A stretch of DNA of 64,000 nucleotides from NCBI GenBank assembly GCA_963740315.1, contig CAVUDP010000002.1:2080001-2144000 (forward strand). Reading direction: 5' to 3'. The position numbers were made by a program, and so were the translations under genes. The notes beneath the pieces were generated by a model. The model saw only the letters and a program-made list of their open reading frames with translations, was not told the DNA's origin and made no database searches. Shown piece after piece: positions 19,362 to 30,747 of this stretch. Source of the DNA: an uncultured cyanobacterium. Lineage in GTDB: Bacteria > Cyanobacteriota > Cyanobacteriia > Cyanobacteriales > Nostocaceae. Each line of letters begins with the position of its first letter. Positions within the stretch are counted from its first letter, which is position 1.

Positions 19362-20771
19362 TTAACCTTTCACCTTTAACCTTTCACCTTTAACCCGATC
19401 TGCTTGTAAATGTTGCAATATTAACTGGCAAACGTCGGTTGCTTTGATAGATTCGGAATTAATTAAGTTAGTGTTTTTACTAATTAATAAAGGTCCCATA
19501 TCTGGGGATGGAGGAATGCAACCGTGTGAACCTTTGACTAAGGAAGCGTCTAAAGGAATCACATCCATTAAGTAGCGAAAACCAAGCTTTTTCTTGAGCA
19601 GTTTTAAGCCAACTTTGAGTTTAGGTAGTTTGAGTTGAGGATCGATAAATAATTCTACAGGATCGTAACCTGGTTTGCGATGAATATCTACGGTTCTGGC
19701 AAAGTCTGGGGCGCGTTTATCGTCAAGCCAATAATAATAAGTAAACCATGCATCGGGTTTTGCAACTGCTACAAAGGTACCGCTTCGAGAATGATCTAAA
19801 TGGTAATCTGGTTTACTCGTATCATCTAAGATATAGTCGATTCCTTCTGCTTCTTCTAACAGACTTCTGACTTGAGGAATATAGTCTGCATCGTTGATGT
19901 AAACATGAGCAATTTGATGATCCGCAACGGCGAAAGCTTTACTAGCCCCAGCATCGAGGATTTCTCTTCCTTCTTCCTCGCGAATAGCTAATAAGCCTTT
20001 TGAACGTAATAATCTATTAATATGAATCGGTTGAGAAACGGGTGTAATCCCATATTCCGATAAGACGATAACAGAAGCTCCGCGCTGTTCGTAAAAATCA
20101 ATTAAATCGCCGCAAACTGCATCTACTTCTTGTAATTCTTTAGCAATTTTATCTTGGTCTGGACCAAATTTTTGCAAGCAGTAATCAAGATGCGGTAGGT
20201 AAATCAAAGTTAAATTCGGACTGCATTTTTCCTCTACCCATTTCGATGAATTTGCTATCCATTGTGTAGATGCGATCGATGCAGTAGGTCCCCAAAAGTT
20301 AAATAGAGGAAATTGACCAAACTCTGCTTGTAAGCGATCGCGAAAGTTACTTGGTTGAGTGTAAATATCGGGAAGTTTCCTACCATCAGCAGGATACATC
20401 GGTCGAGGAGTTACCGAGTAATTAACTGAGGAGTACATATTGTACCACCAGAACATATTAGCGCAGGTGAAAGATGAATCCAATTCCCGCGCCATCTCCC
20501 ATACTTTAGGAGATTGAACTAACTTATTCGACTGTTTCCAAAACTTCGTTTCACAATCATCTCGAAAATACCAACCATTGCCGACAATGCCATGATCGTT
20601 AGGCATTTTTCCCGTTAAATAAGTTGACTGTACCGAACAAGTAACCGCCGGTAATACGGGTTCCACCGTCGCAACTTTTCCAAATTCAGCCCACCGCGAA
20701 AGCCTTGGTGTATGCTTTCCTAATAAACTTGGGGTTAATCCGACTACGTTTATGACAACTGTTTTATTCAT
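19362..20771 (-). CDS. eboF: EboF, alkaline phosphatase/nucleotide pyrophosphatase family
   Basis: PAVTCSVQST, HGIVGNGW, YLPHLDY and HRKPGYDPVELF motifs; ebo synteny. Confidence 0.9.
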   Translation of the reverse strand: MNKTVVINVVGLTPSLLGKHTPRLSRWAEFGKVATVEPVLPAVTCSVQSTYLTGKMPNDHGIVGNGWYFRDDCETKFWKQSNKLVQSPKVWEMARELDSSFTCANMFWWYNMYSSVNYSVTPRPMYPADGRKLPDIYTQPSNFRDRLQAEFGQFPLFNFWGPTASIASTQWIANSSKWVEEKCSPNLTLIYLPHLDYCLQKFGPDQDKIAKELQEVDAVCGDLIDFYEQRGASVIVLSEYGITPVSQPIHINRLLRSKGLLAIREEEGREILDAGASKAFAVADHQIAHVYINDADYIPQVRSLLEEAEGIDYILDDTSKPDYHLDHSRSGTFVAVAKPDAWFTYYYWLDDKRAPDFARTVDIHRKPGYDPVELFIDPQLKLPKLKVGLKLLKKKLGFRYLMDVIPLDASLVKGSHGCIPPSPDMGPLLISKNTNLINSESIKATDVCQLILQHLQADRVKGERLKVKG

Positions 20772-20988
20772 GATTAGTGGTTAGTTGTTAATGGTCAGTT
20801 GATATTTGATAATAGAAATAAAATACTTACTGATAATTGATAATTAATAATTGATGAAATGCACCATGCGGGTAAAACTTGATAGTGTAAATAAAAATAC
20901 TAGAAGATTTATTTTACGTAGAAATAAGAGATATTGGTTAGCGATTTAATTTGAAATCAGCTAACCACTATCCACTAACAACTAACTA

Positions 20989-22242
20989 CTATCTACTAAC
21001 AACTAACTCTTGAGAATTAATTGCTTGTAATTTTGATAAAACCCATTCATACTCGCGCTGGATTGATGCGGCGATATCTACTTTCATCTGAGGAGGTAGC
21101 ACTTCCCAGGTATAAGTTTCGATTTCTAAATGATGACAAATATCGTTGTTTTGCAACAATTCAAATACGGTAACGATGTCGTCTTGAGTCGATCGCAATA
21201 GTTGATAATCGTTGATAAAAAGCGGTACGTGAAAATGAGTTCGCCACTCGCAAGCCGTACTTTCTTCGAGAAAAGGTAAGGCTGTTGCTAAATCTCGATA
21301 ATGTTGCAGCTTTCCGTCTGGATGACGAGCGATTACTTGATGTAAATATGTAGATTCGGCAAAAGGCTGCAATCTATCTCTGATTAAAAGCCGTTTGCTT
21401 CTATCTTGCGGTAATTGAGCTTTTAATGCGGCGCTGATTTGAATTTTACCAATCTGGATGCCTGCCTCTTGAAATCTTTTGAAAACAGAAGCTGGATTTT
21501 CATACTCGACAGAAAAATGGCAGGTGTCGTAACATACCCGCACGTGTTCGAGCAAAAGTACCTGGGCTGCTGCTTGGGAAATTCCGAGATTTTCCGCTAA
21601 ATATTTACCAGCAATGGGCAACAAATATTTTTCAAAGTAGTTGATTACTTCTTGTGCGTTTTCAATTAATCCATCTGGTTCGGGTTCCAAGTTCAAATGC
21701 AGCACTTTGTCTGTCGTAGCGCGGATTTGTACCATTTGCGCTACAACTTGGGCTATATGAATAGTAGCGCTGCTGGTTACTTTATCTTCAAGAACTCGAT
21801 CGCCCTCGAACCACGGTTTATAAGATAGAGGAACTGTAGAAATGCTACCTTCTATTTCGTTGGGTAATAGTTCGGCAAGAATTGTGGTTAACCGCAATGT
21901 ATAGTCTACACGCTCGCCTTTAGACCAATCTGGCGCGTAAACTTTGTCTTTGACTACCTGTAAATGGAATCCACCGTAAGGAAATCCATTCAGTGTAAAG
22001 ACGTATAGATCGTGTTCGTTTAGCCACGATTTAAACTCTTGTAAACTATTTCCTTGCAACAATTCTCTAGATGCTGCATCTGCTAAACGCAACCCAATAC
22101 CAAAAGGTTGCTTCGGCGATAGCTTTTCTTTTAAAGGTGGAATGTATTGCTGTAAATTAGCAAAAACCTGACTCCAATCTTCACCGGGGTGAATGTTAGT
22201 GCAGTAAGTGAGGTGTAAGTTTTGGTTTGGAAAAATTTTCAT
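20989..22242 (-). CDS. eboE: EboE, TIM-barrel metabolite traffic protein
   Basis: LTYCTNIHPGE, NGFPYGGFH, LEPEPDG, WRTHFHVP and EIETYTW motifs. Confidence 0.92.
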   Translation of the reverse strand: MKIFPNQNLHLTYCTNIHPGEDWSQVFANLQQYIPPLKEKLSPKQPFGIGLRLADAASRELLQGNSLQEFKSWLNEHDLYVFTLNGFPYGGFHLQVVKDKVYAPDWSKGERVDYTLRLTTILAELLPNEIEGSISTVPLSYKPWFEGDRVLEDKVTSSATIHIAQVVAQMVQIRATTDKVLHLNLEPEPDGLIENAQEVINYFEKYLLPIAGKYLAENLGISQAAAQVLLLEHVRVCYDTCHFSVEYENPASVFKRFQEAGIQIGKIQISAALKAQLPQDRSKRLLIRDRLQPFAESTYLHQVIARHPDGKLQHYRDLATALPFLEESTACEWRTHFHVPLFINDYQLLRSTQDDIVTVFELLQNNDICHHLEIETYTWEVLPPQMKVDIAASIQREYEWVLSKLQAINSQELVVSR

Positions 22243-22283
22243 GTTTATAACTGTTTATCAAGTCATAGCGTCGTAGCGAATGC

Positions 22284-23480
22284 TTATATTTTTGCATTAG
22301 ATAACAGTGTAATTGCTTGTTGATATGAAGAAGTTTTGACTGCATGAACTTCAATTTCTTCTCCAATTCTTTGCAAAAGGGTTAGAGTTAATTCTCCACC
22401 CAAATGTTCTTGAAATTCTTTTAATCCTCTAAACAAACATCTGGGGTGTTCTATTTCTGTACTTTCGGTTAATTCGGGAACGTGTAGCTCAAAGCCTAAT
22501 GTTTTTAAAGTATTCAGTATTTTTTGCCAATCTGAATGTGGCAGCGTTCCTTCTATATAAGAATAAGTGCTATCCAAAGCGATACCAATTGCTACCGCTT
22601 CCCCGTGACGCAAGCGATAATTGGTCAATTGTTCGAGCTTGTGAGCCGCCCAATGTCCGAAATCGAGGGGGCGAGAGGAACCCATTTCAAAAGCATCGCC
22701 GCTGGTAGATATATGTTTTAAATGCAACTGAGCGCATCGGTAAATTACCTGCTGCATTGCCTCTAGATCGCGACGTGCTAAGAGTGCAGCATTATTCTCG
22801 ATAAACTCAAAAAAGTCCGCATCTCTAATCAGCGCTACTTTCACCGCTTCAGCAATACCCGATCGCCAATCTCGTTCGTTAAGGGTGCTGAGGAAATCAA
22901 AATCATTTAGAACGGCATAAGGTGGCGCAAAGCTGCCCAAAAAGTTCTTTTTACCAAATGCGTTAATACCGTTTTTAACTCCAACCGCAGAATCATTTTG
23001 TGCTAGCACTGTAGTAGGAATACGGATGAGGCGAATTCCTCGATGGGCTGTAGCTGCCGCATATCCGACTAAATCCAGAACCGCACCACCACCGACAGCA
23101 ATTAAATAAGAGTGACGACAGATACCCGCATTGTCAACTAACTGATGAATTTTTTCGGGCAACCGGGGATCGTTTTTCGCCGCTTCACCACCGGGAACTA
23201 CCAACGGTGGAGCAGATATTAGGATATCAGAATGGCGATCGCAATATTCCTGCAATTGTTCGAGTAACCCGTGTTGATATTCGAGCAATCCACTATCGAC
23301 AACAAACACAACCTTTTTCGGTTTAGCTTCACCATCATCAGCAACAACCTGCGCTAAAAGCGGATTATCTAAATTAAAAATACCGTTAGTGAAGTGAACC
23401 GAATAATTAAAAGTCACCTCAACACGTTGCTGAATCGGTTGCAGTTTATATTTAGTTTTTCTCTTTAAGTCTAGAATCAT
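22284..23480 (-). CDS. aroB: 3-dehydroquinate synthase-like sugar phosphate cyclase (AroB/EboD)
   Basis: GGGAVLD, IPTTVLAQNDS, GKKNFLG and DFGHWAAH motifs. Confidence 0.9.
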   Translation of the reverse strand: MILDLKRKTKYKLQPIQQRVEVTFNYSVHFTNGIFNLDNPLLAQVVADDGEAKPKKVVFVVDSGLLEYQHGLLEQLQEYCDRHSDILISAPPLVVPGGEAAKNDPRLPEKIHQLVDNAGICRHSYLIAVGGGAVLDLVGYAAATAHRGIRLIRIPTTVLAQNDSAVGVKNGINAFGKKNFLGSFAPPYAVLNDFDFLSTLNERDWRSGIAEAVKVALIRDADFFEFIENNAALLARRDLEAMQQVIYRCAQLHLKHISTSGDAFEMGSSRPLDFGHWAAHKLEQLTNYRLRHGEAVAIGIALDSTYSYIEGTLPHSDWQKILNTLKTLGFELHVPELTESTEIEHPRCLFRGLKEFQEHLGGELTLTLLQRIGEEIEVHAVKTSSYQQAITLLSNAKI

Positions 23481-23530
23481 GATTAATAATTAATAATTGC
23501 GGAATGGGCATTGAGAATAAAAAATAATTC

Positions 23531-24160
23531 CTAACTTCTAACTCCTAACTGATTAAACGCTTGAATAAAAGCTTCTTTGGACTGAGAACCATTAATTTTA
23601 ACTTCGTTATTAATAATAAAAAATGGTACGCTATTGATACCCAAACGACGAGCATTCTCCGATTCGGTAACAATTGCATCAAGAGCATTTTTATCGCTTA
23701 ATTGCTGTGGTAATTCAGCGGAATTCATTCCACATGATTTAGCAATTGCAACTATTACATCAATATTTCCCAGATTCAAACCGGATTCAAAGTAAGCTTT
23801 GTAAATTGCTTCAACAACCTGACTTTTAAGATTGGATGGAGCTAATTCAATCAGTCGGTGAGAGAGAGTAGTATTAACAGCCAATCGCACCTTTTCAAAA
23901 TCTAACTTTACACCAGTAGTTTCACTCATACGACGCGTGTAATCAAACATTTGCTGTAATTGTTGCGGTGACATTCCCTTTCGCTTTTGCATAAACTCAC
24001 GAAACTCGTAACCTTGACTGGGAACTGAATTGTCTAAAAGAAAAGGATGCCAACGAATCTCTACTTTTTCCCGTTGATATTGTGCGATCGCATCAAAAAG
24101 ATGCTTTTTGCCAATTCGGCACCAAGGACACACTGTATCATGATATACGTCTATTTGCAT
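23531..24160 (-). CDS. DsbA/FrnE-family oxidoreductase
   Basis: DTVCPWCRIG CxxC motif and GINSVPFF; present in scytonemin clusters. Confidence 0.9.
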   Translation of the reverse strand: MQIDVYHDTVCPWCRIGKKHLFDAIAQYQREKVEIRWHPFLLDNSVPSQGYEFREFMQKRKGMSPQQLQQMFDYTRRMSETTGVKLDFEKVRLAVNTTLSHRLIELAPSNLKSQVVEAIYKAYFESGLNLGNIDVIVAIAKSCGMNSAELPQQLSDKNALDAIVTESENARRLGINSVPFFIINNEVKINGSQSKEAFIQAFNQLGVRS

Positions 24161-24336
24161 AGTTTTTATTTAACCCGTGGACTTAGATATTTAATATAAT
24201 TCACATCTTGGATAGTTAACAGAAACCCGGAATATGCTCGTCTGACAACGAATTCATTATGTTTATACTCTTGTTAAACCGGGTTTCTAGATATCTATAA
24301 TGACGCTACCGCTTTAGGCTGCAAAGCCCAGTCAAA

Positions 24337-25275
24337 TTAAGTAGGAAGCAAAACGTTCTCACTACCATCTTTTTTGCCTTTGCTAAAATGTTCTGCTTTA
24401 TTAAAACTATTATTTTTTAAATAATTATTTACTTCTTCCTTCTTAATTTCTCGCTCATGACTCTTATCTTCTACATCTGATTTATTAAAAAAGTTTTGAG
24501 TAGATTCAAACTCTCTTATTAATGCTTCTCTATCTTTTTGCACTACAAGATTTGCCAAACGACTGTAAGTTTCAGCCATAGAAACTATTGCCTGACATCT
24601 ATCTTCGGTTGCCAACATAATGTCCGCACATAAATGCGAACTTTGAGCAAATAGACGTTTGAGAATATCAAGTTCTTGGCGATAAGTTGGACTAGCCATT
24701 GATAAACTACGCTGAACATCGATATTTTCTTGAGCTAAAAACACGCCTAAACTAAAGCGATCGAAATGACGCAACGCTTGTATAACTACCATCATCTTAT
24801 CGTGTTCTTGAGGCGTAGATTTCACTAACTTGGAGCCTTCAGCTTCAAAGTAATCTAACAACCATTGAAAGCGATCGTCATCTCGTCCCGAACACACCAC
24901 CACAATCTGTTCCGCAAACGATTTAACTTGCGGTCCGAACATCGGATGTAAACCCATTACAGCACCTTTGTGGTATTCCAACATTGCCTGCACGGGTTCT
25001 GTTTTGACACTAGTAATATCGGCGATCGCTGTAGTCGGTTTCAGATATTGACTTGCACGCTTAATTACCTCTACTGTTCGCTCGATCGGAACCGAAATTA
25101 ATACTAAATCGGCATCACCAAGTAACTTAGCAGCATGCGCCCAGTCTTGGTTTCCAAAAGCACAAACTTGATGACCAATAGCAGAAAGTTCGCGATTGAA
25201 CCATTGTCCCATCTGTCCGCGTCCGCCGATAATTGTAATTCGTTGAGATTTATCCTTATTTACTTTGTTAGACAT
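24337..25275 (-). CDS. tyrA: Prephenate dehydrogenase
   Basis: IIGGRGQMG Rossmann motif, DITSVK, HPMFGP and EHDKMM motifs. Confidence 0.93.
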   Translation of the reverse strand: MSNKVNKDKSQRITIIGGRGQMGQWFNRELSAIGHQVCAFGNQDWAHAAKLLGDADLVLISVPIERTVEVIKRASQYLKPTTAIADITSVKTEPVQAMLEYHKGAVMGLHPMFGPQVKSFAEQIVVVCSGRDDDRFQWLLDYFEAEGSKLVKSTPQEHDKMMVVIQALRHFDRFSLGVFLAQENIDVQRSLSMASPTYRQELDILKRLFAQSSHLCADIMLATEDRCQAIVSMAETYSRLANLVVQKDREALIREFESTQNFFNKSDVEDKSHEREIKKEEVNNYLKNNSFNKAEHFSKGKKDGSENVLLPT

Positions 25276-25760
25276 AAGTTTAATGAGTAGTTTGTAATTA
25301 ATGTAGCGGCATTATTAGAGCTGTAAATGACAAATTGCCTCTAATATTCTTTCTTAAATTTTGCATTTTTAAAAACCTACATTCCACCCAGAATTGTAAA
25401 CCCACATCGAAACATATAGTCATTTATCCGGCACAAACAGATGGTTAGCAGTCAAGTAAAACAGTTCCCTCATGGCTCGTTATCTGTTCTACTCCCAATA
25501 CGTAAATTAATTGGAATGACTATAAACCTATTTTAATAGATTAATAAATATTTAATATATTTAATTGATATATTATTCGTTAATTGATATATATTTAGTT
25601 TTTTAAATTTATATATATAACATTTTATAGAAAAATTAGAAGCCTAACCCACAATTGTAAAAACATACGTCGTAGGTACTTATTAAGCTTGCTATCTATT
25701 TATTTCTCAAGCGAGCATGGTAGATACAGCCACGTTGAAGGGCACTATGATAAATAACAA

Positions 25761-27041
25761 TCAACTCCTGACTCCCAACTTTTTATCTATTGCTGGTAAT
25801 ATACCAGGTACTTTCCGAGAAACAGCTTGAGAAAACACAGCTTCATAAGCCGTCAATGCTTGTTCAAAAGAATAACGTTCAACAGCAAACTTTCTCGCCT
25901 TTTCACCTAGCTTTGCCGTCAAAACAGGATTGCTATATAAACTCATAATTGCAGCACCTAAATCTTGAGGTGATTCTGGTGCGACAACTACACCGCCACC
26001 ACTTTGTCTAATTGCACGTGCTGCGGTACCGGAAGCGGGAACGGAAGCAATAATTGGACTTCCGGAAGCTAATAATAACGGTATTTTGGAAGGCATATTA
26101 AATGAAATCACGTTACGCTTTTGCACTACCAAACCCACATCAGCAGCCGCTAGCATTTCTGGTAATTGCTCTCGCGGTTGCAAGGGTAGTAATAAAACAT
26201 TATCCGCACCACAAGCCAGACAATGTTTTTGCAACCTTTTTAAAGCCTTGGATTCCCCAGCAATTACAAAAGCGATTTCAGGAATATGACTTAACGATGC
26301 CGCTGTTTCGATTACCGTTTCTAAACCCTGAGTTAAAGCAATATTTCCCGAATAAAGCGCCACAAACTTGTTCTCTAATTTGTGAATAGCTTTCCAATTT
26401 TTCGCTTTATTTGGCAAAGGGCGAATAAAATTGACATCTACCCAATTAGGAATACAGGCAATCTTATTAATCGGAACTTTCTTATTAACTAAATTCTTAA
26501 CAAACCCATCAGCAATTACGCTAATTGTATGAGCTTTTTTATAAGCAAATTTCTCTAAAACTTCCAAAGCGCGAATCATGAATTTATTTTTTAATAATCC
26601 AGTTTTTATCGCAGCTTCTGGTAAGATATCTTGTAGGTTTAATACTACCGGACAATTATAGAACCAACCTAAAAATGTCGCAGGTAGTGAAACGAATAAA
26701 GGCGGAACAGTTAACAGAATAACATCAGGTCGCCAACCATTCAGAGCTTGCGGCAAACTTGTAAATACGAAGCTTAATTCTAATAGCAACCGATCGATTA
26801 AATTAGGCTTAGATTTAATTCTTAAATAACAACGCTGAATAGTTACGCCATTTTTCTCTTCCGTAACATACCACTTACCCCGGTACTCTTCGTAAATCTC
26901 GCGCTGGGGATAATTCGGCATACCAGTAATCACTCGTACCTGATGCCCTTTTTTAACTAACCCCTCAGCAAGTTCAGTCATCAAAGGTGCAATTCCGATA
27001 GGTTCGGGATAATAATTATAAGAATAAATTAGGATTTGCAT
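25761..27041 (-). CDS. GT4 (WcaI-like) glycosyltransferase
   Basis: NYYPEPIGIA, PNYP, YSGNIALTQGL and NMPSKI motifs; position matches the scytonemin-cluster glycosyltransferase. Confidence 0.9.
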   Translation of the reverse strand: MQILIYSYNYYPEPIGIAPLMTELAEGLVKKGHQVRVITGMPNYPQREIYEEYRGKWYVTEEKNGVTIQRCYLRIKSKPNLIDRLLLELSFVFTSLPQALNGWRPDVILLTVPPLFVSLPATFLGWFYNCPVVLNLQDILPEAAIKTGLLKNKFMIRALEVLEKFAYKKAHTISVIADGFVKNLVNKKVPINKIACIPNWVDVNFIRPLPNKAKNWKAIHKLENKFVALYSGNIALTQGLETVIETAASLSHIPEIAFVIAGESKALKRLQKHCLACGADNVLLLPLQPREQLPEMLAAADVGLVVQKRNVISFNMPSKIPLLLASGSPIIASVPASGTAARAIRQSGGGVVVAPESPQDLGAAIMSLYSNPVLTAKLGEKARKFAVERYSFEQALTAYEAVFSQAVSRKVPGILPAIDKKLGVRS

Positions 27042-27150
27042 TTACATCGATTTTCTATAAGTTAATTCTTTGGGAATAGGATATTGGATATTAAAAGTTT
27101 TTAATTCCTAGCTATTCTTCCCTCATCACCCCGAACAAATCAAAAGTATT

Positions 27151-28050
27151 CTAAGTTACAGCAAACAATCGTGCTAGCACCATAGATACAGGTAACAAAC
27201 TTAACACCAATAAACTATAGGGTAAACCAGCAAAGCTACAACTAAGCGTTGCATCTAATACTATAAGGGATAAAATTCCCGAACGTACTGCTATACGTAT
27301 ATTGTCGGCACTTGGTTGACGCACGGCTTGGATAAAAGGCACTAATACGCGCCCGCTCAGTAAAACTACGAATGGCAATACTGCAAAAAAGTATGATTTA
27401 TTTAACCATCCCAGCCCTAACATTCCCGTAATAACTGCGCCCATTAGTACTAAAGCTACAATACCCGTACTGCGTTTACCACCGTGTACTTCACCTTGGC
27501 TAATAGCTGTAATTGCTGCAATATAAGTAATCGGAATTAAAGCTAAATACCAGCTTTCCCTCAGCATTGGCGATAAAATGCTTACACCCAAAAGCAGATT
27601 ACCACCGCGACAAATACCCATATTTAAAGGACCCAAAAACGGATGATGTTTTCCGTAAGCGTCATAAAGTAAAGCCGCAGCAGCCACACCACAAGCAATG
27701 CTAAAACTTAACCAAGAAACTTGAGCCGCTGCAAGTACACCAGTAATTAGAAGTACGCATCCTAAAAAAGTTGCTCCCCATAGAGAAACTCTACCGCTAG
27801 GTATAGGTCTTTCAGGTCTTTCCTTAGCATCTAATTCCGCATCAAAAACATCATTAAATACAACACCGCCACCGTATAAACCCGTAGTCGCCAAAAGCAG
27901 CCATATAACGGGTGTCGGATTATCCAAAACTGCAAAACCCGAAGCCGCAACACCTGCCAGCACATCCGCCCAAGCGGTGATAATATTTGCAGGTCGCGTT
28001 AACTGTAGATACGCCCAGAAGCGGTTGGTGTTTAAAGTTGCTACGTTCAT
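27151..28050 (-). CDS. eboC: EboC, UbiA-family prenyltransferase
   Basis: LTRPANI and NDVFDAELDAKERPERPIPSG motifs; multiple transmembrane helices. Confidence 0.92.
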   Translation of the reverse strand: MNVATLNTNRFWAYLQLTRPANIITAWADVLAGVAASGFAVLDNPTPVIWLLLATTGLYGGGVVFNDVFDAELDAKERPERPIPSGRVSLWGATFLGCVLLITGVLAAAQVSWLSFSIACGVAAAALLYDAYGKHHPFLGPLNMGICRGGNLLLGVSILSPMLRESWYLALIPITYIAAITAISQGEVHGGKRSTGIVALVLMGAVITGMLGLGWLNKSYFFAVLPFVVLLSGRVLVPFIQAVRQPSADNIRIAVRSGILSLIVLDATLSCSFAGLPYSLLVLSLLPVSMVLARLFAVT

Positions 28051-28198
28051 GTTTATAGATGGGGTAGATAGGGAAGATAGGGAAGAGGGGGGAGACGGGG
28101 GAGAGGGGGAAGAGGGGGGAGAGGGGAGAGAAAATAATTCCTAACTCATAACTCCTCACTCCTCACTCCTAACTGGTAACTGCTCACTGCTCACTGAT

Positions 28199-29107
28199 TT
28201 ACTCAATTAGTGCGTATTCGGATTCAGATTTTTCAACAACTGGTTTTTGTCCGCGCAGTACGGAATTACCGCTAAATAATTCCCGCTGGTCGATTGGTGA
28301 TGGATTTAACCAGTCAGATTCTTGTATTTGACCGCTTTGGCTGTATGCTGCGAGGGCATTTTCGTAACAGGTGGCTCGCACGTGCGCTTCCCGAATCCCT
28401 CTCTCTACCATTAATTGAGCGGTTTTCGGTACTGCTAAAGGATCGCTTACTCCCCAGTCGGCGCTGCTGTCTACGATGATGCGATCGCAACCGTATTGAC
28501 GCACAACTTCCACCATGCGAGCGTTACCCATTTTGGTGTTGGGATAAATTGTAAACGCTGCCCAGAAACCTCTATCTAATACATCTTTTACGGTTTCTTC
28601 ATTGTTATGATCCATCACCACCTTCGATGGTTCCAAACCATGTTCGATACATACTTCCATGCTGCGAATGGTACCCGCTTTTTTGTCGCGGTGCGGTGTA
28701 TGAATCATCACCAGCATATCTAGTTCTTTTGCTAATTCCAGTTGCAAGCGAAAGTATTTGTCTTCCGCCGGTGTCATATCGTCGTAACCAATCTCACCGA
28801 TCGCAACTACACCTTCTTTACAAGCGTACAAAGGTAATAATTCCATTACCTGTTCTGCCAAGGGTTCGTTATTAGCTTCCTTCGAGTTCAAACCAATAGT
28901 GCAGTAATGTTTAATGCCAAACTGCGACGCTCGAAAGCGTTCCCAGCCCACCAAACTACTGAAATAATCTTGAAAAGAACCAATATTAGTCCGTGGTTGT
29001 CCCATCCAGAAAGAAGGTTCAATCACCGCAACAATACCCGCATCACGCATTTTCTCGTAATCATCGGTAGTGCGCGAACTCATGTGAATATGTGGATCGA
29101 TATACAT
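28199..29107 (-). CDS. eboB: EboB, TatD-family hydrolase
   Basis: DPHIHMSSRTTDDY, GEIGYD, IHTPH and DSSADWG motifs. Confidence 0.92.
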   Translation of the reverse strand: MYIDPHIHMSSRTTDDYEKMRDAGIVAVIEPSFWMGQPRTNIGSFQDYFSSLVGWERFRASQFGIKHYCTIGLNSKEANNEPLAEQVMELLPLYACKEGVVAIGEIGYDDMTPAEDKYFRLQLELAKELDMLVMIHTPHRDKKAGTIRSMEVCIEHGLEPSKVVMDHNNEETVKDVLDRGFWAAFTIYPNTKMGNARMVEVVRQYGCDRIIVDSSADWGVSDPLAVPKTAQLMVERGIREAHVRATCYENALAAYSQSGQIQESDWLNPSPIDQRELFSGNSVLRGQKPVVEKSESEYALIE

Positions 29108-29338
29108 AATAATAATTTTGGATTTTAGATTTTAGATTTTAGATTTTGGGGATTGAGAATAGGGGATTGGTAATTGGAAATTGGGAATTGGGGACTGGTA
29201 ATTGGGAATTGATAATTGATAATTGATAATTGGTAAGAGTTAGGAATTAATAATTCTCCTTGTCCCCTTGTCTCCCCATCTCCCCATCTCCCCATCTCCC
29301 CATCTCCCCCTCTCCCCACTCTTCCCCCTCTCCCCATC

Positions 29339-30259
29339 TCACTTAACGTTCTTCCAAGTCAGTCTTCCTGCTTGAATATCACTTTGTAATTCTGGGTATC
29401 GAGCTAGAATATCTTCGGCTTGGGGTAGGGGACAATCTGCACAAGCTAAAGCTGCTGCGGTTCTTTCGAGTAACTTTTGCTGTCCTTTACCGTTTGAATC
29501 GCTTTGAGTATGAGATTCGATTAAAACTCGCTCTAAATCGGCTAACATTTCGCTGTTGGCAAATTTTCCAACGCATCGCCATAGTTCGGGTGATACATTA
29601 CGTCCGGCTGCCCATCTTTCGTGAGCGTAATCAACCAGCATCCTCGCTAATTCTGGGTTTGCTCGTTCGTCGATTCCTTGAATTAAATATAAAGGACTAC
29701 CGACAAACAAGGCTTTTAAAACCATCTGATTCCAAGCTAGATTGTCTAAATACTCTGCTGGATAGGGATTGTTTAAAGCAACGGCATTGAAAACTGCTGT
29801 CATATTGCTGCGGATACCTTCAGCAGCGCGATCGCAAAGTTTTTCTGGATAAGGAAGCAGTGGTAATGCTTGATATAGTGCTACTAATTCCCTAACATCG
29901 GCAGATGCAAATACTTGGCTTAATATTCGTAAATATTTATCTGCATCATTTGATGGTAAACTCAATACCAGTAATGTTCGAGCCGATTGATCTATAGTCC
30001 AATTAGCTGGATACCAGTTATTGCAAACATTCGAGGCTGATTCTAATTCTTCTACCGTAGGCTGTATATCGTTTTTATCTGTATAACGAGGTACCGCACT
30101 AAAGGCAGTAAAAAATAGAAAAGGTGCCGCACCTTCACTAATCTGCTGTCGCTTTTTATCTAACCAATTGAGAGCTTCAGTATTGACTTGTCGCGATACC
30201 CAGCGGTAAAGTAAATCTTCAGCAGTAATATTTTGCGTTTCTATATAAGTTGTAATCAT
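29339..30259 (-). CDS. eboA: EboA metabolite traffic protein
   Basis: EGIRSNM, NPYPAEYL, AWNQMVLKALF and YAHERWAAGR motifs. Confidence 0.92.
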   Translation of the reverse strand: MITTYIETQNITAEDLLYRWVSRQVNTEALNWLDKKRQQISEGAAPFLFFTAFSAVPRYTDKNDIQPTVEELESASNVCNNWYPANWTIDQSARTLLVLSLPSNDADKYLRILSQVFASADVRELVALYQALPLLPYPEKLCDRAAEGIRSNMTAVFNAVALNNPYPAEYLDNLAWNQMVLKALFVGSPLYLIQGIDERANPELARMLVDYAHERWAAGRNVSPELWRCVGKFANSEMLADLERVLIESHTQSDSNGKGQQKLLERTAAALACADCPLPQAEDILARYPELQSDIQAGRLTWKNVK

Positions 30260-30747
30260 TTTTTTATATAGTACTTAAATTCTTTCTCCTCGTTCTCCTC
30301 GTTCCTTGACTCTGGCAAGGAATGCAATTTTTGAGGCTCTGCCTCAAAAATCACTAAAATCTAAATTTATTCATCTAAGTTTATTCAAATCTATGAAGGC
30401 AGAGCCTTTTACTTAAGCCTTCCCAGCCTGAGACTGGGAATGAGAATATTTTGCGCTCGCTGACTTTTAGCCGATATTATTAAGATTGCGATCGCTCTCA
30501 ATACTTAAAGCTTTTAGTTACTCTTTACAGTGAAATACGTAAGTCTAATTAGTTAAAACTTCGTAATGCTTTTAACAACATTGTATCGTTGTCAAAAAAC
30601 TCTTTTATGAAGATTGCAAAAATATTTGCTATTTAATTAAAAGATAATATTTTTGCAATTTTTCTGATATTTATGGGGATATAGGAAGTCCAGCCTTTCA
30701 TATTTTCGTTGTCAATTTTAGACTGAGAACGAAAATATGATGCTAAA

